Assembly: GCA_031360505.1 (NCBI GenBank)
Contig: JANMBR010000049.1
Location: forward strand, 1 to 49,604
Origin: Acidobacteriota bacterium
Lineage (GTDB): Bacteria > Acidobacteriota > Thermoanaerobaculia > UBA5066 > Gp7-AA6
Length of the DNA stretch: 49,604 nt
Direction of reading: 5' to 3'
The notes under the pieces are model-generated. The model saw only the letters and a list, made by a program, of their open reading frames with translations, did no database searches and was not told where the DNA came from. The position numbers were made by a program, and so were the translations under genes. Positions 1 to 12,015 of the stretch are shown here, piece by piece (within the stretch, counting starts at the first letter, position 1; the number at the start of each line of letters is the position of its first letter).

Positions 1-177
1 CCGTTCTTCGATCGTTCGATGGCGGTGTCCGCACTTCCCGCCCAGATCGCCATCTTCCGCGGTCCCATCCTGCGCCTCTGCCCGACGCGCGGCGAAGCCA
101 TCCGCGAGATTCGCGACACCGTCGTCCACGAGGTCGGCCACATGCTCGGCCTCGAGGACGGGGAGATGCCCTACTAG
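1..177 (+). CDS. Zincin-like metallopeptidase (DUF1025/Zincin_1 type), 3' part only
   Basis: Frame 1 read by hand: PFFDRSMAVSALPAQIAIFRGPILRLCPTRGEAIREIRDTVVHEVGHMLGLEDGEMPY*. It has HExxH (HEVGH) and the LP.QI.IFRGP pattern of minimal zincins. Truncated by the window edge. Confidence 0.85.
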   Translation, partial: PFFDRSMAVSALPAQIAIFRGPILRLCPTRGEAIREIRDTVVHEVGHMLGLEDGEMPY

Positions 178-201
178 CGGGCTCGGCGGTAGACTCGGGC
201 C

Positions 202-603
202 ATGCGGAGTCGCATCCGGGTCCTGGCGCTGCTCGTCATGTGCTTTTGCTCCGGTCGCATCGCCGCCGACGAGCCGCGCCGCGCGACCCCGAGGATGGCG
301 CGCGAGGCCGCCGAGGAGAACGCAAAAACGCCGGCGGGCCGGCGCTACGAGTCGGCGCTCGACTCGGGCCTCGACAAGTGGCTGCGTCGGTCGCTCGAGC
401 GCTGCGTGAAGGGGATCTCCAGGGGCCAGGCGCTGTCCTTCAACGCGTACATTCAGGTAGGGGAGAAGGGCGAGGCCGAGGACGTGCTCTTCGAGCCCGA
501 GACCGACGTCTCCCGCTGCGCCGAGACGGACTTTCGAAGCGCGAAGTACCCTTCGCCCCCGCAACCCTCCTGGTGGGTCAAGGTCGAGGTCCAGCTCAAA
601 TGA
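202..603 (+). CDS. Hypothetical secreted protein (133 aa)
   Basis: Signal-peptide-like N-terminus, a Cys pair, GC3-biased codons, and TAGACT 6 nt before the ATG. Confidence 0.7.
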   Translation: MRSRIRVLALLVMCFCSGRIAADEPRRATPRMAREAAEENAKTPAGRRYESALDSGLDKWLRRSLERCVKGISRGQALSFNAYIQVGEKGEAEDVLFEPETDVSRCAETDFRSAKYPSPPQPSWWVKVEVQLK

Positions 604-626
604 AAAGGCGCGGCTTGCGCCGCGCC
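603..626 (-). terminator. Intrinsic terminator downstream of pnp
   Basis: Minus strand reads GGCGCGGC-GCAA-GCCGCGCC-TTTT: 8-bp stem, GNRA loop, U tract. Confidence 0.75.
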
Positions 627-637
627 TGATGGGAAAC

Positions 638-662
638 GGGCGGGGGCGAGCCCCGCCCCAAG
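638..662 (-). repeat. Degenerate single REP-like palindrome
   Basis: Reverse complement CTTGGGGCGGGGCTCGCCCCCGCCC matches the first half of the 42761 element at 21/25 positions. Confidence 0.5.
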
Positions 663-672
663 GATTGTTCTC

Positions 673-2895
673 TTAGCCTCTGCGCGGTCCCCTCGGCCCG
701 CCCGGTCCCCGGTTGTCGCGGTTGAAATGCCCGCGGTGTTCGCCCTGGCTGCCGTCGCCGCGGCCCTCGTCCTCGCCGCCGCCCACGGGAGCGAGCGCCA
801 GCTCGGCGTCGAACTCTTCCTTGGACATCGCCTGCTTGCGCGAGAGCTTGATCTTGCCCATCGGATCCACGGCGATGATCTTGACCGTGACCTCCTGGCC
901 TTCCTTGACGACGTCGGTCGTCTGGCGCACCCGGTAGGGAGCGAGCTCCGAGATGTGGACGAGGCCGTCCTGGCCCGGCATGATCTCGACGAAGGCGCCG
1001 TACGCTTCGATGCGCCGCACCTTGCCGGTGTAGACCTTGCCGATCTCGGGCTCCTGGGTCAGTCCCTCGATGATCTCGATGGCCTTCATGGCCGCCGCTT
1101 CATCGGAAGATGCGATCGAAACCTTGCCCGAGTCCTCGACGTCGATCTTGCAGCCGGTCGACTCGATGATCGAACGGATCGTCTTGCCGCCCGAGCCGAT
1201 GACGTCGCGGATACGGTCCTTGGGGATCTGGATCGTGAAGATCCGCGGCGCGTAGCGGGAGATGTTGGGGCGCGGGCTCTCGAGGGCCTTGGTCATCTCC
1301 CCGAGGATGTGGAGGCGGCCGACGCGGGCCTGCTCGAGGGCCTTCTCGAGGATGTCGCGCCGCAGGCCCTTGATCTTGATGTCCATCTGGAGGGCCGTGA
1401 TGCCGGCCTTGGAACCGGCCACCTTGAAGTCCATGTCGCCATAGTGGTCTTCCTGTCCGGCGATGTCGGTCAGGACCGCGAAGCGCTCGCCGTCGGAGAC
1501 GAGGCCCATCGCCACGCCCGCGACCGGGGACTTGATCGGAACGCCCGCGTCCATGAGCGCGAGCGTGCCGCCGCAGACGGTCGCCATCGAGGACGACCCG
1601 TTGGACTCGAGGATGTCCGAGACGACGCGCACCGTGTACGGGAAGGCGTCCTCGGAGGGCAGCATCGGCGCGAGCGAGCGGCGGGCGAGGTTGCCGTGGC
1701 CGATGTCGCGGCGCGAGGGCCCGCGCATGAACTTCGTCTCGCCCACCGAGAAGGGCGGAAAGTTGTAGTGGAGCAGGAACGTGTGCTCGCTCTCGCCCTC
1801 GTACTCCTCGATGATCTGGGTGTCGTCGGAGGTTCCGAGCGTGGCCGTGACGAGGGCCTGCGTCTCGCCGCGCGTGAAGAGCGCCGAGCCGTGGGTGCGG
1901 GGCAGAAAGCCGACTTCGCAGGTGATGGGGCGGATCTGTGTAAAGTCGCGGCCGTCGAGGCGCTTGCCTCCCAGGATCGTCTCGCGGGTCAGCACCTTGA
2001 CGAGGTCGTCGGCGGCCTTGGCGACCTGCTTGCGGCGCTCGGGCTCGGTCTCGGGCACGAGCGAGGCGGCGGCCTTCTTGACGGCCTTGATCTCGGCGTA
2101 GGAAGCGATCTTGTTCGGCAGCGTCATCGCCGCGAGCATCGGGCCCTCCCACGCGCGGCGGACCTCGGCGAAGAGGCTGGCGGGATAGCCCTCGGGCGCC
2201 TGCCACGACGGCTTCAGGAAGCCGCCCCGGCGCTGGAGCTGGATCTGGGCACCGACGATCTGGCGCACGGCCTCGTGGCCGAAGAGGATCGCGTCGATCA
2301 GGGTCTGCTCGGAAATCTCGCGGGCCCCGCCTTCCACCATCACGACGGCGTCATCGCTGCCGCAGACGATCAGGTCGAGGTCCGACTTGTCGCGCTCGGC
2401 GTTGGTGGGATTCAGGACGAATTTGCCGTCGAGCCGCCCGACGCGCACGGCGCCGATGGGCGTGTGGAACGGAATGGACGAGCAGGTCAGGGCGACGGAG
2501 GCGCCGTTGATGGCGAGGATGTCCGCGTCGTTCTGGCCGTCGGACGAGAGGACGAAGGCGACGATCTGCGTCTCGTGGTTGAAGCCCTTGGGAAAGAGCG
2601 GCCGCACGGGCCGGTCGATCAGGCGCGAGGTCAGGATTTCCTTTTCGGTGGGACGGCCCTCCCGCTTGAACCAGCCGCCGGGGATCCGGCCCGCGGCGTA
2701 CGTGGGCTCGCGGTAGTCGACCGTGAGCGGGAAGAACTCGGCGTTCTCCTTCGGCTCCTTGCTGAAGACGGCGGTCGCCAGGACGACCGTGTCGCCGAAG
2801 CGCACGACGGCGGCGCCGTCGGACTGCTTGGCGAGCTTGCCGATCTGGATTTCCATGGACTTCGAGCCGACGGGGATGGAGATCTGGTCGATCAT
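673..2895 (-). CDS. pnp: Polyribonucleotide nucleotidyltransferase (PNPase)
   Basis: [44 protein letters not shown] motifs; KH and S1 domains; lies downstream of rpsO. Confidence 0.99.
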   Translation of the reverse strand: MIDQISIPVGSKSMEIQIGKLAKQSDGAAVVRFGDTVVLATAVFSKEPKENAEFFPLTVDYREPTYAAGRIPGGWFKREGRPTEKEILTSRLIDRPVRPLFPKGFNHETQIVAFVLSSDGQNDADILAINGASVALTCSSIPFHTPIGAVRVGRLDGKFVLNPTNAERDKSDLDLIVCGSDDAVVMVEGGAREISEQTLIDAILFGHEAVRQIVGAQIQLQRRGGFLKPSWQAPEGYPASLFAEVRRAWEGPMLAAMTLPNKIASYAEIKAVKKAAASLVPETEPERRKQVAKAADDLVKVLTRETILGGKRLDGRDFTQIRPITCEVGFLPRTHGSALFTRGETQALVTATLGTSDDTQIIEEYEGESEHTFLLHYNFPPFSVGETKFMRGPSRRDIGHGNLARRSLAPMLPSEDAFPYTVRVVSDILESNGSSSMATVCGGTLALMDAGVPIKSPVAGVAMGLVSDGERFAVLTDIAGQEDHYGDMDFKVAGSKAGITALQMDIKIKGLRRDILEKALEQARVGRLHILGEMTKALESPRPNISRYAPRIFTIQIPKDRIRDVIGSGGKTIRSIIESTGCKIDVEDSGKVSIASSDEAAAMKAIEIIEGLTQEPEIGKVYTGKVRRIEAYGAFVEIMPGQDGLVHISELAPYRVRQTTDVVKEGQEVTVKIIAVDPMGKIKLSRKQAMSKEEFDAELALAPVGGGEDEGRGDGSQGEHRGHFNRDNRGPGGPRGPRRG

Positions 2896-3002
2896 GGTTC
2901 TACCCTTCTTGTGAATGGCGTCGGAAAGCGACCGTCCGGATGGGAGGGCCCGCGAGATCCCGCGGTCAACGGCCGCGGCAGCGCGCTCCGGCGCCGGACG
3001 GA

Positions 3003-3278
3003 CTACTTCCGGAGGCCGAGACGCTCGATCAGCTTGTGGTAGCGGCTGGCGCTTTCGCTCCGGAGGTACTCCAGGAGACGGCGCCGGCGTCCGACCATCT
3101 GCAGCAGACCGCGACGCGAATGGTGATCCTTCGCGTTCGTCTTGAAATGCTCGGTCAGGTACGCGATCCGGGTTGTCAGCAGCGCGACCTGAACCTCGGG
3201 CGAACCCGTATCGGTGTCGTGCGTCCGGTACTGGTTGACGATCTCCGTCTTGCCGGACTCGTATTCAGTGACGTTCAC
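3003..3278 (-). CDS. rpsO: 30S ribosomal protein S15
   Basis: [16 protein letters not shown]...[10 protein letters not shown]. The GTG start at 3278 was chosen because GGAGG lies 5 nt upstream. Confidence 0.98.
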   Translation of the reverse strand: MNVTEYESGKTEIVNQYRTHDTDTGSPEVQVALLTTRIAYLTEHFKTNAKDHHSRRGLLQMVGRRRRLLEYLRSESASRYHKLIERLGLRK

Positions 3279-3365
3279 TCGATCCTCCAAACCACTCTAA
3301 AGACTCACACTACTTTTATTAAGCCGCGAAGACTACCACAGGTCCGAAGGGGTGGTCGCAGGGCG

Positions 3366-4298
3366 TCAATCGGCCAAAACGATCCTCGGCTTGATCATCG
3401 CCACCCCCCGGTCCCCGATGGGGTTGACCTGGCCGAGCGCCAGCATGTCGTCGGCCGGGCCCACCAGGGTGACCCAGTCGCCGTCCCGGGCGTTCAGGCC
3501 GCGGGCCGGGACGGCCTGTCCCCGGCGGATCTTCCAGGCCTCCAGCGACGCGAGCTGGACCCGTGGGAAGGGGAAGGGCACGCGCGACAGCGGCATGGCG
3601 TGCGGGGGGGCCATGCGCTCGGTCGGCGAGAGGGCCTCGAAGCGCTCGAGCGTCACGGCATCCTCGGCGCGAAACTCGCCGATGCGGGTTCGGCGCAGAG
3701 ACTCGAGATGCGCCCCGCAGCCGAGCTTTTCGCCGAGCTCGCTCGCGATGGAGCGGATGTACGTTCCCGAGGTACAGGAAATCGCGAAGGGCAGACACCC
3801 CTCGTCGAGCTCGCCGAAGGTCAGGCTCGAGACGCGGACCTTCTTCGGCAGCGACGGGACCGCCTCGCCCTTGCGCGCCATTTCGTAGAACTTGCGTCCA
3901 CCCACCTTCTTGGCCGAGTAGGGGGGCGGCGACTGGAGGAACTCGCCGCGAAACGCCGAGGAGGCCTCGGCGACGAGCGCGGCGGTGACGCCCGAGGCAT
4001 CGCGGTCGGGGCCGACGGCCGCGCCCTCGCGGTCGTAGGTGGCGGTGGCGCGGCCGAGCCGGATCGTGCCTTCGTAGGTCTTGTCCATCAGCGTGAAGAA
4101 GCCCTGGAGCCGCGCGGCGCCGCCGGCGCAGAGCAGCAGGAGCCCCGTGGCCATCGGGTCGAGAGTTCCGCTGTGGCCGATGCGCGCCACTCCCGTCGCC
4201 TTGCGCACCCGTTCGACGACGTCGTGCGATGTCAGGCCCCCGGGTTTGTCGATGAGGAACAGGTGTCCGCGCTTGACGGGGTCCGCCGCCGTCCTCAT
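3366..4298 (-). CDS. truB: tRNA pseudouridine(55) synthase
   Basis: IDKPGGLTSHDVV, GHSGTLDPMATG, PPPYSAKK, CTSGTYIRS. The ATG overlaps the rbfA stop (ATGA). Confidence 0.97.
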   Translation of the reverse strand: MRTAADPVKRGHLFLIDKPGGLTSHDVVERVRKATGVARIGHSGTLDPMATGLLLLCAGGAARLQGFFTLMDKTYEGTIRLGRATATYDREGAAVGPDRDASGVTAALVAEASSAFRGEFLQSPPPYSAKKVGGRKFYEMARKGEAVPSLPKKVRVSSLTFGELDEGCLPFAISCTSGTYIRSIASELGEKLGCGAHLESLRRTRIGEFRAEDAVTLERFEALSPTERMAPPHAMPLSRVPFPFPRVQLASLEAWKIRRGQAVPARGLNARDGDWVTLVGPADDMLALGQVNPIGDRGVAMIKPRIVLAD

Positions 4299-4696
4299 GG
4301 CTCTTCCTCGTCCGGCAGGTCGGCGGCGTTCGGATTTTCCGGGTCCTGCGGCGGCAGGACCTGCTGGAGGATCTCCTCGATGCGCGCGCCGCGCTCGAGC
4401 GAGAGGTCGAAGATGAAGTGGAGCTCGGGCGCGTAGCGCAGCTGACAGCGCTGCCCGACCTCGCGCCGGAGGAAGCCCGCGGCGCGGCGGAGGGCTTCGG
4501 TCGCCTTCTCGCGCTCCTCCTCGCCTCCGAGGCACGAGAAGTAGATGCGCGCCGACCGCAGGTCGGACGGCATCTCGACGTCGGTGATCGTCGCCAGATG
4601 CAGGTCCTTGTCGTGCGCCTCGAGCAGGATCAGGCGCGACAGCTGTGCCCGCACGACGTCCGCGACGCGCTGGCTGCGGCGGGAGTCTTTCTTCAT
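4295..4696 (-). CDS. rbfA: Ribosome-binding factor A
   Basis: RRSQRVAD...ITDVEMPSDLRSARIYF...AAGFLRR...LRYAPELHF; synteny with infB and truB. Confidence 0.96.
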   Translation of the reverse strand: MKKDSRRSQRVADVVRAQLSRLILLEAHDKDLHLATITDVEMPSDLRSARIYFSCLGGEEEREKATEALRRAAGFLRREVGQRCQLRYAPELHFIFDLSLERGARIEEILQQVLPPQDPENPNAADLPDEEEP

Positions 4697-4702
4697 CGCG
4701 GC

Positions 4703-4990
4703 TCACACATGGATGAACGCATTGCGGTATTCGAGGATCTCCCCTTCGAGGTTCTCTTCGACGAAGCGCAGCACGTGCTGCAGGACCGCGTCGAGCGTCG
4801 GCTGATCGGGGCCGACCGCCGCCACACCGAGAGCGGCGCGCTGCAGCAGGTCCTGGTGGTCGATCTCGGCCGCGGATATTTCAAACTGGTTCCGGATACG
4901 CGCCTTCAGGCTCTTGACGATCATCCGTTTTTCCTTCAGGCCCCGGCATCCGGGCAGATGGAGGTCGAAGAGGGCGTAGGCGATCACCAT
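4703..4990 (-). CDS. DUF503 (YlxP-like) protein
   Basis: LHLPGCRGLKEKR...SAAEIDHQDLLQRA pattern; canonical position between infB and rbfA. Confidence 0.9.
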   Translation of the reverse strand: MVIAYALFDLHLPGCRGLKEKRMIVKSLKARIRNQFEISAAEIDHQDLLQRAALGVAAVGPDQPTLDAVLQHVLRFVEENLEGEILEYRNAFIHV

Positions 4991-5004
4991 GGCGAGTCGG
5001 AAGG

Positions 5005-5073
5005 CGCGAGACGGGGAAACGGGAGAGGAAGCTCGAGACGGTGCGTCGACCGTCTCCCGTTTACCGTCTTGCG
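5005..5073. repeat. Heptamer-period inverted repeat (hairpin) between infB and DUF503
   Basis: CGCGAGACGGGGAAACGGGAGA pairs with TCTCCCGTTTACCGTCTTGCG; right-arm units are CCGTCTC-CCGTTTA-CCGTCTT. Confidence 0.6.
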
Positions 5074-5077
5074 ATCC

Positions 5078-7954
5078 TCACGAAGTCATCACCCCGGCGA
5101 CCTTCTCGACCTGGAACGCCTCGATGATGTCGCCGACCTTGATGTCCTGATACCGGTCGAGCCCGATGCCGCACTCGAAGCCCTGCTTGACCTCGGAGAC
5201 GTCGTCCTTGAAGCGCCGCAGCGAGCCCACCTTGCCCTCGTGGATCACGCGGTTGTCGCGCAGCAGGCGCAGCTGCGCGCTGCGCGGGATCGCCCCCTCG
5301 GTAACGTAGCAGCCGCCCACGACGCCGAACTTCGGCACCTTGAACGTGGTGCGGACCTCGGCGCGTCCCCGGACCACTTCCTTCAGCGTCGGGTCGAGCA
5401 GGCCTTCCATGGCCTTCTTGATCTCGTCGGTGACGTTGTAGATGACGGTGTGGAGGCGGATCTCGACGCCCACCTTCTCGGCTTCCTCGGCGGCTTTTTT
5501 CTCGGGCCGCACGTTGAAACCGATGATGATCGCGCCCGATGCGGAGGCGAGGAGCACGTCGTTGATCGTGACGGCGCCGACGCCGGCATGGAGCAGCGAG
5601 ATCTTGACCTGGTCGTTGGAGAGGCCCTTCAGGGACTGGGACAGCACCTCCATCGAGCCCGACACGTCCGTCTTCAGGATGATCGGGAGGTCCTTGACCT
5701 TGCCTTCCTGGATCTTGCTGAACAGCTGCTCGAGCGACAGGCGCGAAGAGGAGGCCATCGCGTGCTCCCGCTCCTTCAGCTGGCGGAAGGAGACGATCGA
5801 ACGGGCCTTGGACTCGTCGATGACGACCTGGAACGTGTCGCCCGCCTGGGGGAGGTCCTCGAACCCCGTGACTTCGACCGGCGTGGCCGGCCCCGCCGCC
5901 TCGATCTTTTCGCCGCGGTCGTTGTGCATGGACCGGACGCGGCCGAAGACGGATCCGGCGAAGAAGACGTCGCCGACCTTGAGCGTCCCCGCCTGCACCA
6001 GGACGGTCGCGACGTTGCCGCGTCCAGCCTCGCGGCGCGCCTCGAGCACGACGCCCTTGGCCTCCTCGGCGGCGGCGGCGGTGAGCTCCTGCATGTCCGC
6101 GACGAGCAGGATGAGCTCGAGCAGGTGGTCGATGCCTTGCTTCTTCAGGGCCGAGATTTCGGCCGCGGGCGTTTCACCGCCCCAGGCCTCGAGCAGGACG
6201 TTGTGGTCCGCCAGCTCCTTCTTGACCCGGTCGACGTTGGCGTTGGGCTTGTCGATCTTGTTGATCGCGACGACGATCGGAACCTTCGCCGCCTTCGCGT
6301 GGGCGATCGCTTCGATCGTCTGCGGCATGACGGCGTCGTCGGCCGCGACGACCAGCACCACGATGTCGGTGGCTTTCGCGCCCCGGGCGCGCATGGACGT
6401 GAAGGCCTCGTGGCCCGGCGTATCGAGGAAGACGATCGGCTTTCCATTGACCTCGACGCGGTACGCTCCGATGTGCTGCGTGATGCCGCCGGCCTCGCCG
6501 CCGGCGACGTTCGACTGCCGGATGACGTCGAGCAGCGAGGTCTTTCCGTGGTCGACGTGGCCCATGACCGTGACGACCGGAGCGCGGGGAACCCGGGGCG
6601 CCCCCGGGGCCGCTCCTTCGACGGACTCCTTGGCCGAGCGGGTCAGGTCGAGCTCCTCCTCGAAGGAGACGACCGCCGCCTCGACGCCAATCTCCTTGGC
6701 GATCTGGACGGCCGTCGCCGCGTCGAGCGTCTGGTTGACGGTCGCCATCACGCCGCGCTGCAGGAGGAGCCTCTGGATGTCGCGCGCCAGCACACCGAGC
6801 TTCTCCGAGAGCTCCTTGACCGTCACGCCCTCCGTGAAGAAGACGGGTCCGGTCGGAGCCGGTTTGCGGAATTCGAGCAGCTTGCCCGAATCGTGCGCGC
6901 GGGTCTCCTTCGCGGCGCGGCGGATGGCGGACTTGGACGCCGGACGAGGGCCGGCGGCTTCGGCGTCGTCGCCGGTCTTTTCGATCAGCGGCAGCGAGAT
7001 GTCGGAATAGGTGTCTTCCTTGTACGTGCCCACGAATTCACGCAGGTCCACCTCGTCGGCGACCGTGATCTTCGGGCGCGCGCCGCGCTTGCCGGCCGCG
7101 GCCTTCTTCTGATCTTCCTTGTCGTCCTTCTTGCGCTTGACCGGTCCGCCGCGGTCGGGGCCGGCGGGAGTGGTGCGGCCGACCGGGGCGCTCGGGCGCG
7201 CCGGACCTCCCATCGGGCGCGCGCCCGGGCCGCCTGGAGCCGGACGGTAAACCGAGGGCCCCGAGGGCCGGGGGCCCATCGGACGACCGGCGGCCGGTCC
7301 CATCGGGCGGTTGCCGGCGGCGGGTCCCATCGGGCGCGTTCCGGATGCCGGCCCCATGGGCCGGACGATCGGGCCGCCGGCGGGCCGTGGCGCTCCGGCG
7401 ACGGCCGTTGGGCGGACCGGAAACACCGGGCGCGGAGGAAGCACGATCTTGCGGTGCAGAACAGGCGCCGGGGGCGGCGCCGGCTTGGGCGCTTCGGCCT
7501 CGGGCTCCGGTTCGGAGCCAACCACGGCGGTGCGCGCGGGCTCATCGGCGGCTTTCGCAGCCCGGGCCTCCGCCGCGCTCTTGCGGGCGAGGGCGGCATG
7601 CGGCGGGCCCGCCGGCGCCGGCGCCGGCGCTGCCGCGGCCGGGGCCGACGGCGAAGCCGGCTCGAGCTCCGCGGCCTCGGACTCACGGTCGGCCGCGCCG
7701 CCGGGAGGCTTGTCGATGATCTTGATGCGATTGAGCGCGCTCTTCTGTGGCCGCGCGGCCCGGGCCTCGGTGTCGCGGACGATCAGCTGCTTCGGCGCGT
7801 GCGTGCGCCCCTGCAGGATGGCGAGGACGGTCGTCTCGTCGAGCGCGGCTTGCGCCGACTTGACGTCGACGCCGATCGACTGGAGCAGAAACAGGACCTC
7901 TTTGCTCGGAAGCCCCATTTGCTGGGCGAGCTCTTCGACGCGGATCTTTCCCAT
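5078..7954 (-). CDS. infB: Translation initiation factor IF-2
   Basis: [31 protein letters not shown] motifs; C-terminal [12 protein letters not shown]; long Pro/Ala-rich N-terminal linker. Confidence 0.99.
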   Translation of the reverse strand: MGKIRVEELAQQMGLPSKEVLFLLQSIGVDVKSAQAALDETTVLAILQGRTHAPKQLIVRDTEARAARPQKSALNRIKIIDKPPGGAADRESEAAELEPASPSAPAAAAPAPAPAGPPHAALARKSAAEARAAKAADEPARTAVVGSEPEPEAEAPKPAPPPAPVLHRKIVLPPRPVFPVRPTAVAGAPRPAGGPIVRPMGPASGTRPMGPAAGNRPMGPAAGRPMGPRPSGPSVYRPAPGGPGARPMGGPARPSAPVGRTTPAGPDRGGPVKRKKDDKEDQKKAAAGKRGARPKITVADEVDLREFVGTYKEDTYSDISLPLIEKTGDDAEAAGPRPASKSAIRRAAKETRAHDSGKLLEFRKPAPTGPVFFTEGVTVKELSEKLGVLARDIQRLLLQRGVMATVNQTLDAATAVQIAKEIGVEAAVVSFEEELDLTRSAKESVEGAAPGAPRVPRAPVVTVMGHVDHGKTSLLDVIRQSNVAGGEAGGITQHIGAYRVEVNGKPIVFLDTPGHEAFTSMRARGAKATDIVVLVVAADDAVMPQTIEAIAHAKAAKVPIVVAINKIDKPNANVDRVKKELADHNVLLEAWGGETPAAEISALKKQGIDHLLELILLVADMQELTAAAAEEAKGVVLEARREAGRGNVATVLVQAGTLKVGDVFFAGSVFGRVRSMHNDRGEKIEAAGPATPVEVTGFEDLPQAGDTFQVVIDESKARSIVSFRQLKEREHAMASSSRLSLEQLFSKIQEGKVKDLPIILKTDVSGSMEVLSQSLKGLSNDQVKISLLHAGVGAVTINDVLLASASGAIIIGFNVRPEKKAAEEAEKVGVEIRLHTVIYNVTDEIKKAMEGLLDPTLKEVVRGRAEVRTTFKVPKFGVVGGCYVTEGAIPRSAQLRLLRDNRVIHEGKVGSLRRFKDDVSEVKQGFECGIGLDRYQDIKVGDIIEAFQVEKVAGVMTS

Positions 7955-7964
7955 GCGGCTCGCT

Positions 7965-9410
<1,446 letters not shown>

Positions 9411-9423
9411 GGCAACCCTTTTT

Positions 9424-9954
9424 CTATCGCCCCCGCTCCGGCCACTCGAAGTCGAGCCGGGCGAGTCGAATTTTGCCGAAACGGACATTATAGATTCTGC
9501 GTTCGACCTCATCAACGATGGTGAGGACGTCGCCCTCGACGCGCTCGAGCAGTCCGCCGAAATTCCGGGCCGGTGAGATGGCCGGGGGACGCGCGCCTGG
9601 CGACGGGATGGCTTCCGGGACGACGGGCGAGTCGGTCTTGACCCGCACTCGGCGGCCAACGAAGCGGACCGCGTCCTCGAGGCTGTAGAGTCTGCGATCG
9701 AGCCCGGCCGAGGACACTTCGAGGGTGTAACGGTGGCCGATCTCGTCGGAGGCGTCGAGCACGGCGGAAACGTCCCGCGAAACGGCCTCGCAATCCTCGA
9801 CCGTCACGGCGGCGCCGTCGCCCCGCTCGAGCACAACCCGGAGCACGGAAAAGCGTCCGGCGCCGGCCGACTCGATAGCCAGCAGCCGGCACCCATTCTC
9901 CTGCGCGATGGCCCCAATTTCGAGGGTCGTTTTTTCACCCAAAGTCGTTTTCAT
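9424..9954 (-). CDS. rimP: Ribosome maturation factor RimP
   Basis: VTVEDCEAVSR...YTLEVSSAGLDRRL; first gene of the nusA-infB operon. Confidence 0.95.
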   Translation of the reverse strand: MKTTLGEKTTLEIGAIAQENGCRLLAIESAGAGRFSVLRVVLERGDGAAVTVEDCEAVSRDVSAVLDASDEIGHRYTLEVSSAGLDRRLYSLEDAVRFVGRRVRVKTDSPVVPEAIPSPGARPPAISPARNFGGLLERVEGDVLTIVDEVERRIYNVRFGKIRLARLDFEWPERGR

Positions 9955-9959
9955 CGAAC

Positions 9960-9980
9960 AAAAAAGCGGGCCAAGCCCGC
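9960..9980 (-). promoter_or_regulatory. rimP leader terminator/attenuator hairpin
   Basis: Minus strand GCGGGC-TTG-GCCCGC-TTTTTT just before the rimP ATG. Matches the described GGGc..gCCC rimP-leader motif. Confidence 0.75.
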
Positions 9981-9998
9981 AATACCCGAAACAGGGGG

Positions 9999-10027
9999 TT
10001 TATATCAGAAGGATGGGAGGGGGCCAA
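9999..10027 (-). promoter_or_regulatory. Sigma70-type promoter of the rimP operon
   Basis: Minus strand TTGGCC-17 nt-TATAAA, with an extended -10 (TGa). Confidence 0.6.
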
Positions 10028-10210
10028 ACCGGTGAAACGGACTGGCCGGCCGGTCCGTTCGGTGCCGATGAGGCGTGAATCCGCCTTCGGCGATGCACCC
10101 TGCGCGGCCCGACCGAGCCCGCGTGCGGCGGCTACAATCCCGAGAATCCCGGCGCGAGAGCCCGTGTTGTAACCCGGTGGGCGTCTGCGAGCCCCCCAGT
10201 GGAGAGTTGC

Positions 10211-11485
10211 GTGTCCGAGCCCGAAGACCAAGATCTGCCGTTTCAGCGCAGCTCGATCGCCGCGATCGGGGCGCGCCGGCGCTGGCGCCTCTTCGGGAGG
10301 GCGCAAGACGACGAGGCACCGGGCACGTCCGGGGACTCCGAGGACGACGGGCCGCCGGTCCGGAGCATGCTCGGGAGCCTGGCGAGCCGGAGCGCTCCGG
10401 CGCTGGAGGCAGAGCCGGCCCCGAAGTCGATGCTTTCGCTCGGCGCGGGCGACGCGGTGCCCTTCGTGGGCGAGGAATCCGAGGCGGCCGGGCCGGCCGG
10501 TCTCCTCACGGCGCATAGCACGATCGCGGAGCTCGCTGGCCTCGAGGAACATGACGTCGGCACCTTTCCGATCGAGCGCGGCATCCTTATCTCGATCGTC
10601 TTTCACGTCCTGCTCGTCATTTTCATGCTGTCGATGCCGCGGATCCAGCCGGGGTCCAAGGAGGATTTCTTCGCCGCGCTCGTTCCCCAGCCGAAGGACG
10701 ACACACCGATTCCGATCATTTTCTCCGAGGCCCCGGGGCCGGCGCGGCCAAATCCGAAACGCTCGCCGCTTTCGGACGCCGACCGGCGAGCCGGCGGCGG
10801 CGACAAGTCCCGGCCCAAGGCCGATACGCCGTTCGTGCCGCCCTCGAACGGAGTGGCCGGGCTCGCGCCCGGGCCGAAGTCGCCCCGCATCCCGGGCAGC
10901 GACGTCGCGGCACGGCAGGGCGCCAAGGCCGAGGCCGAGCGGCGCGCCGCGCAAGAGAAGAGCGAGACGGACCAGAAGGCCTCGGAGTTTCCGACCGCAG
11001 CGCGCCCGCAGACGTCCGGGCCGCGCGAGGTCTCGAAGCTCGCGGGGCTCGACCGCGCGATCGCCGAGGCCGCGCGGGGCGCCGTGGGAGGCGAAGGCGG
11101 CTCTCCGGCGGCCAACCCCGAAGGGGGATTCACGGACAACGGGCCGCTGTCGTTCGACACGTCCTGGTACGACTGGGGCGCTTACGCCGCCGAGATGATC
11201 CGCCGGATCAAACTGCACTGGGACGTTCCGGAGCTGGCGCGCCTTGGCTGGAAGGGCAGCCTCACCGTACGCTTCTACATCATGGCGGACGGCACGGTAG
11301 CGGACGCAAAGATTCTTCGGGTCTCCGGCGTGCCGCCCTTCGACAACGCGGCGTTCCAGGCGATCCTGAAATCGTCCCCGTTCCGGCCTTTGCCGGCCGA
11401 CCTGCACGAGGAGCGCGAGGGCGTGACCATCACCTTCTACTACAACATGCGCGTCGAGCAGGAAGAGGCGAAGGCCCGGCCGTGA
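10211..11485 (+). CDS. Energy transducer TonB/TolA family protein
   Basis: Single TM helix with SIVFH (SxxxH), a Pro/Ala/Lys-rich linker and a C-terminal TonB_C fold (VRFYIMADGTV...SGVPPFDNAAFQAI...PFRPLP). GTG start follows GGAGAG. Confidence 0.85.
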   Translation: MSEPEDQDLPFQRSSIAAIGARRRWRLFGRAQDDEAPGTSGDSEDDGPPVRSMLGSLASRSAPALEAEPAPKSMLSLGAGDAVPFVGEESEAAGPAGLLTAHSTIAELAGLEEHDVGTFPIERGILISIVFHVLLVIFMLSMPRIQPGSKEDFFAALVPQPKDDTPIPIIFSEAPGPARPNPKRSPLSDADRRAGGGDKSRPKADTPFVPPSNGVAGLAPGPKSPRIPGSDVAARQGAKAEAERRAAQEKSETDQKASEFPTAARPQTSGPREVSKLAGLDRAIAEAARGAVGGEGGSPAANPEGGFTDNGPLSFDTSWYDWGAYAAEMIRRIKLHWDVPELARLGWKGSLTVRFYIMADGTVADAKILRVSGVPPFDNAAFQAILKSSPFRPLPADLHEEREGVTITFYYNMRVEQEEAKARP

Positions 11486-11961
11486 ACGATTCCATGGAGA
11501 TCCGCGCGGCGCTCCTGTCGGCCGAGACCGTGGCGGTCGTGGGCTGTTCCCCGAACGGGGACCGCCCCTCCAACGAAATCGGGCGCTACCTGCAGCGCCA
11601 GGGCTACCGCGTCGTGCCGATCAACCCGGGCCACCGCGAGCTGCTCGGCGAGTCCTGCTACCCCTCGCTTGCCGCAGTGCCGGAGAGCGTTCGGATCGAC
11701 ATCGTGGACGTCTTTCGCCGCTCGGAGCACGTTGCGGAAGTGGCCGGGCAGGCGATCGCCCGCAAGGTCCCGTTCCTCTTCCTGCAACTCGGGGTCGTGG
11801 ACGACGCGTCGGCCCGGCTCCTCGAGGCGGCTGGGACGGGCGTGGCGATGGACCGCTGCATCCTGGTCGAGCACCGCAGGCTCGGAATCCCCCCGAAATC
11901 GAGGAATGCGGGCACCGTGCCCGGCGTTACTTCCATGTCCCGCAATGGAATTGAAGATTGA
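11482..11961 (+). CDS. CoA-binding protein (YccU family)
   Basis: TVAVVGCSPNGDRPS...GYRVVPINP...IDIVDVFRRS...LQLGV...MDRC. Confidence 0.92.
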   Translation: MNDSMEIRAALLSAETVAVVGCSPNGDRPSNEIGRYLQRQGYRVVPINPGHRELLGESCYPSLAAVPESVRIDIVDVFRRSEHVAEVAGQAIARKVPFLFLQLGVVDDASARLLEAAGTGVAMDRCILVEHRRLGIPPKSRNAGTVPGVTSMSRNGIED

Positions 11962-12000
11962 AGTTTTGAAGCTTGAAGTATTGAAGATTGAAGATTGAGG
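11944..12000 (+). repeat. AT-rich tandem repeat of (N)TTGAAG, about 7 units
   Basis: ATTGAAG-ATTGAAG-TTTTGAAG-CTTGAAG-TATTGAAG-ATTGAAG-ATTGAGG immediately upstream of the degP RBS. Confidence 0.85.
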
Positions 12001-12015
12001 AGAAACACCTTCACC

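Noticed and set aside
10060-10100. CCGATGAG-stem as a hammerhead ribozyme
   Set aside because: The core is CCGAUGA rather than CUGAUGA and the GAAA after stem II is missing.
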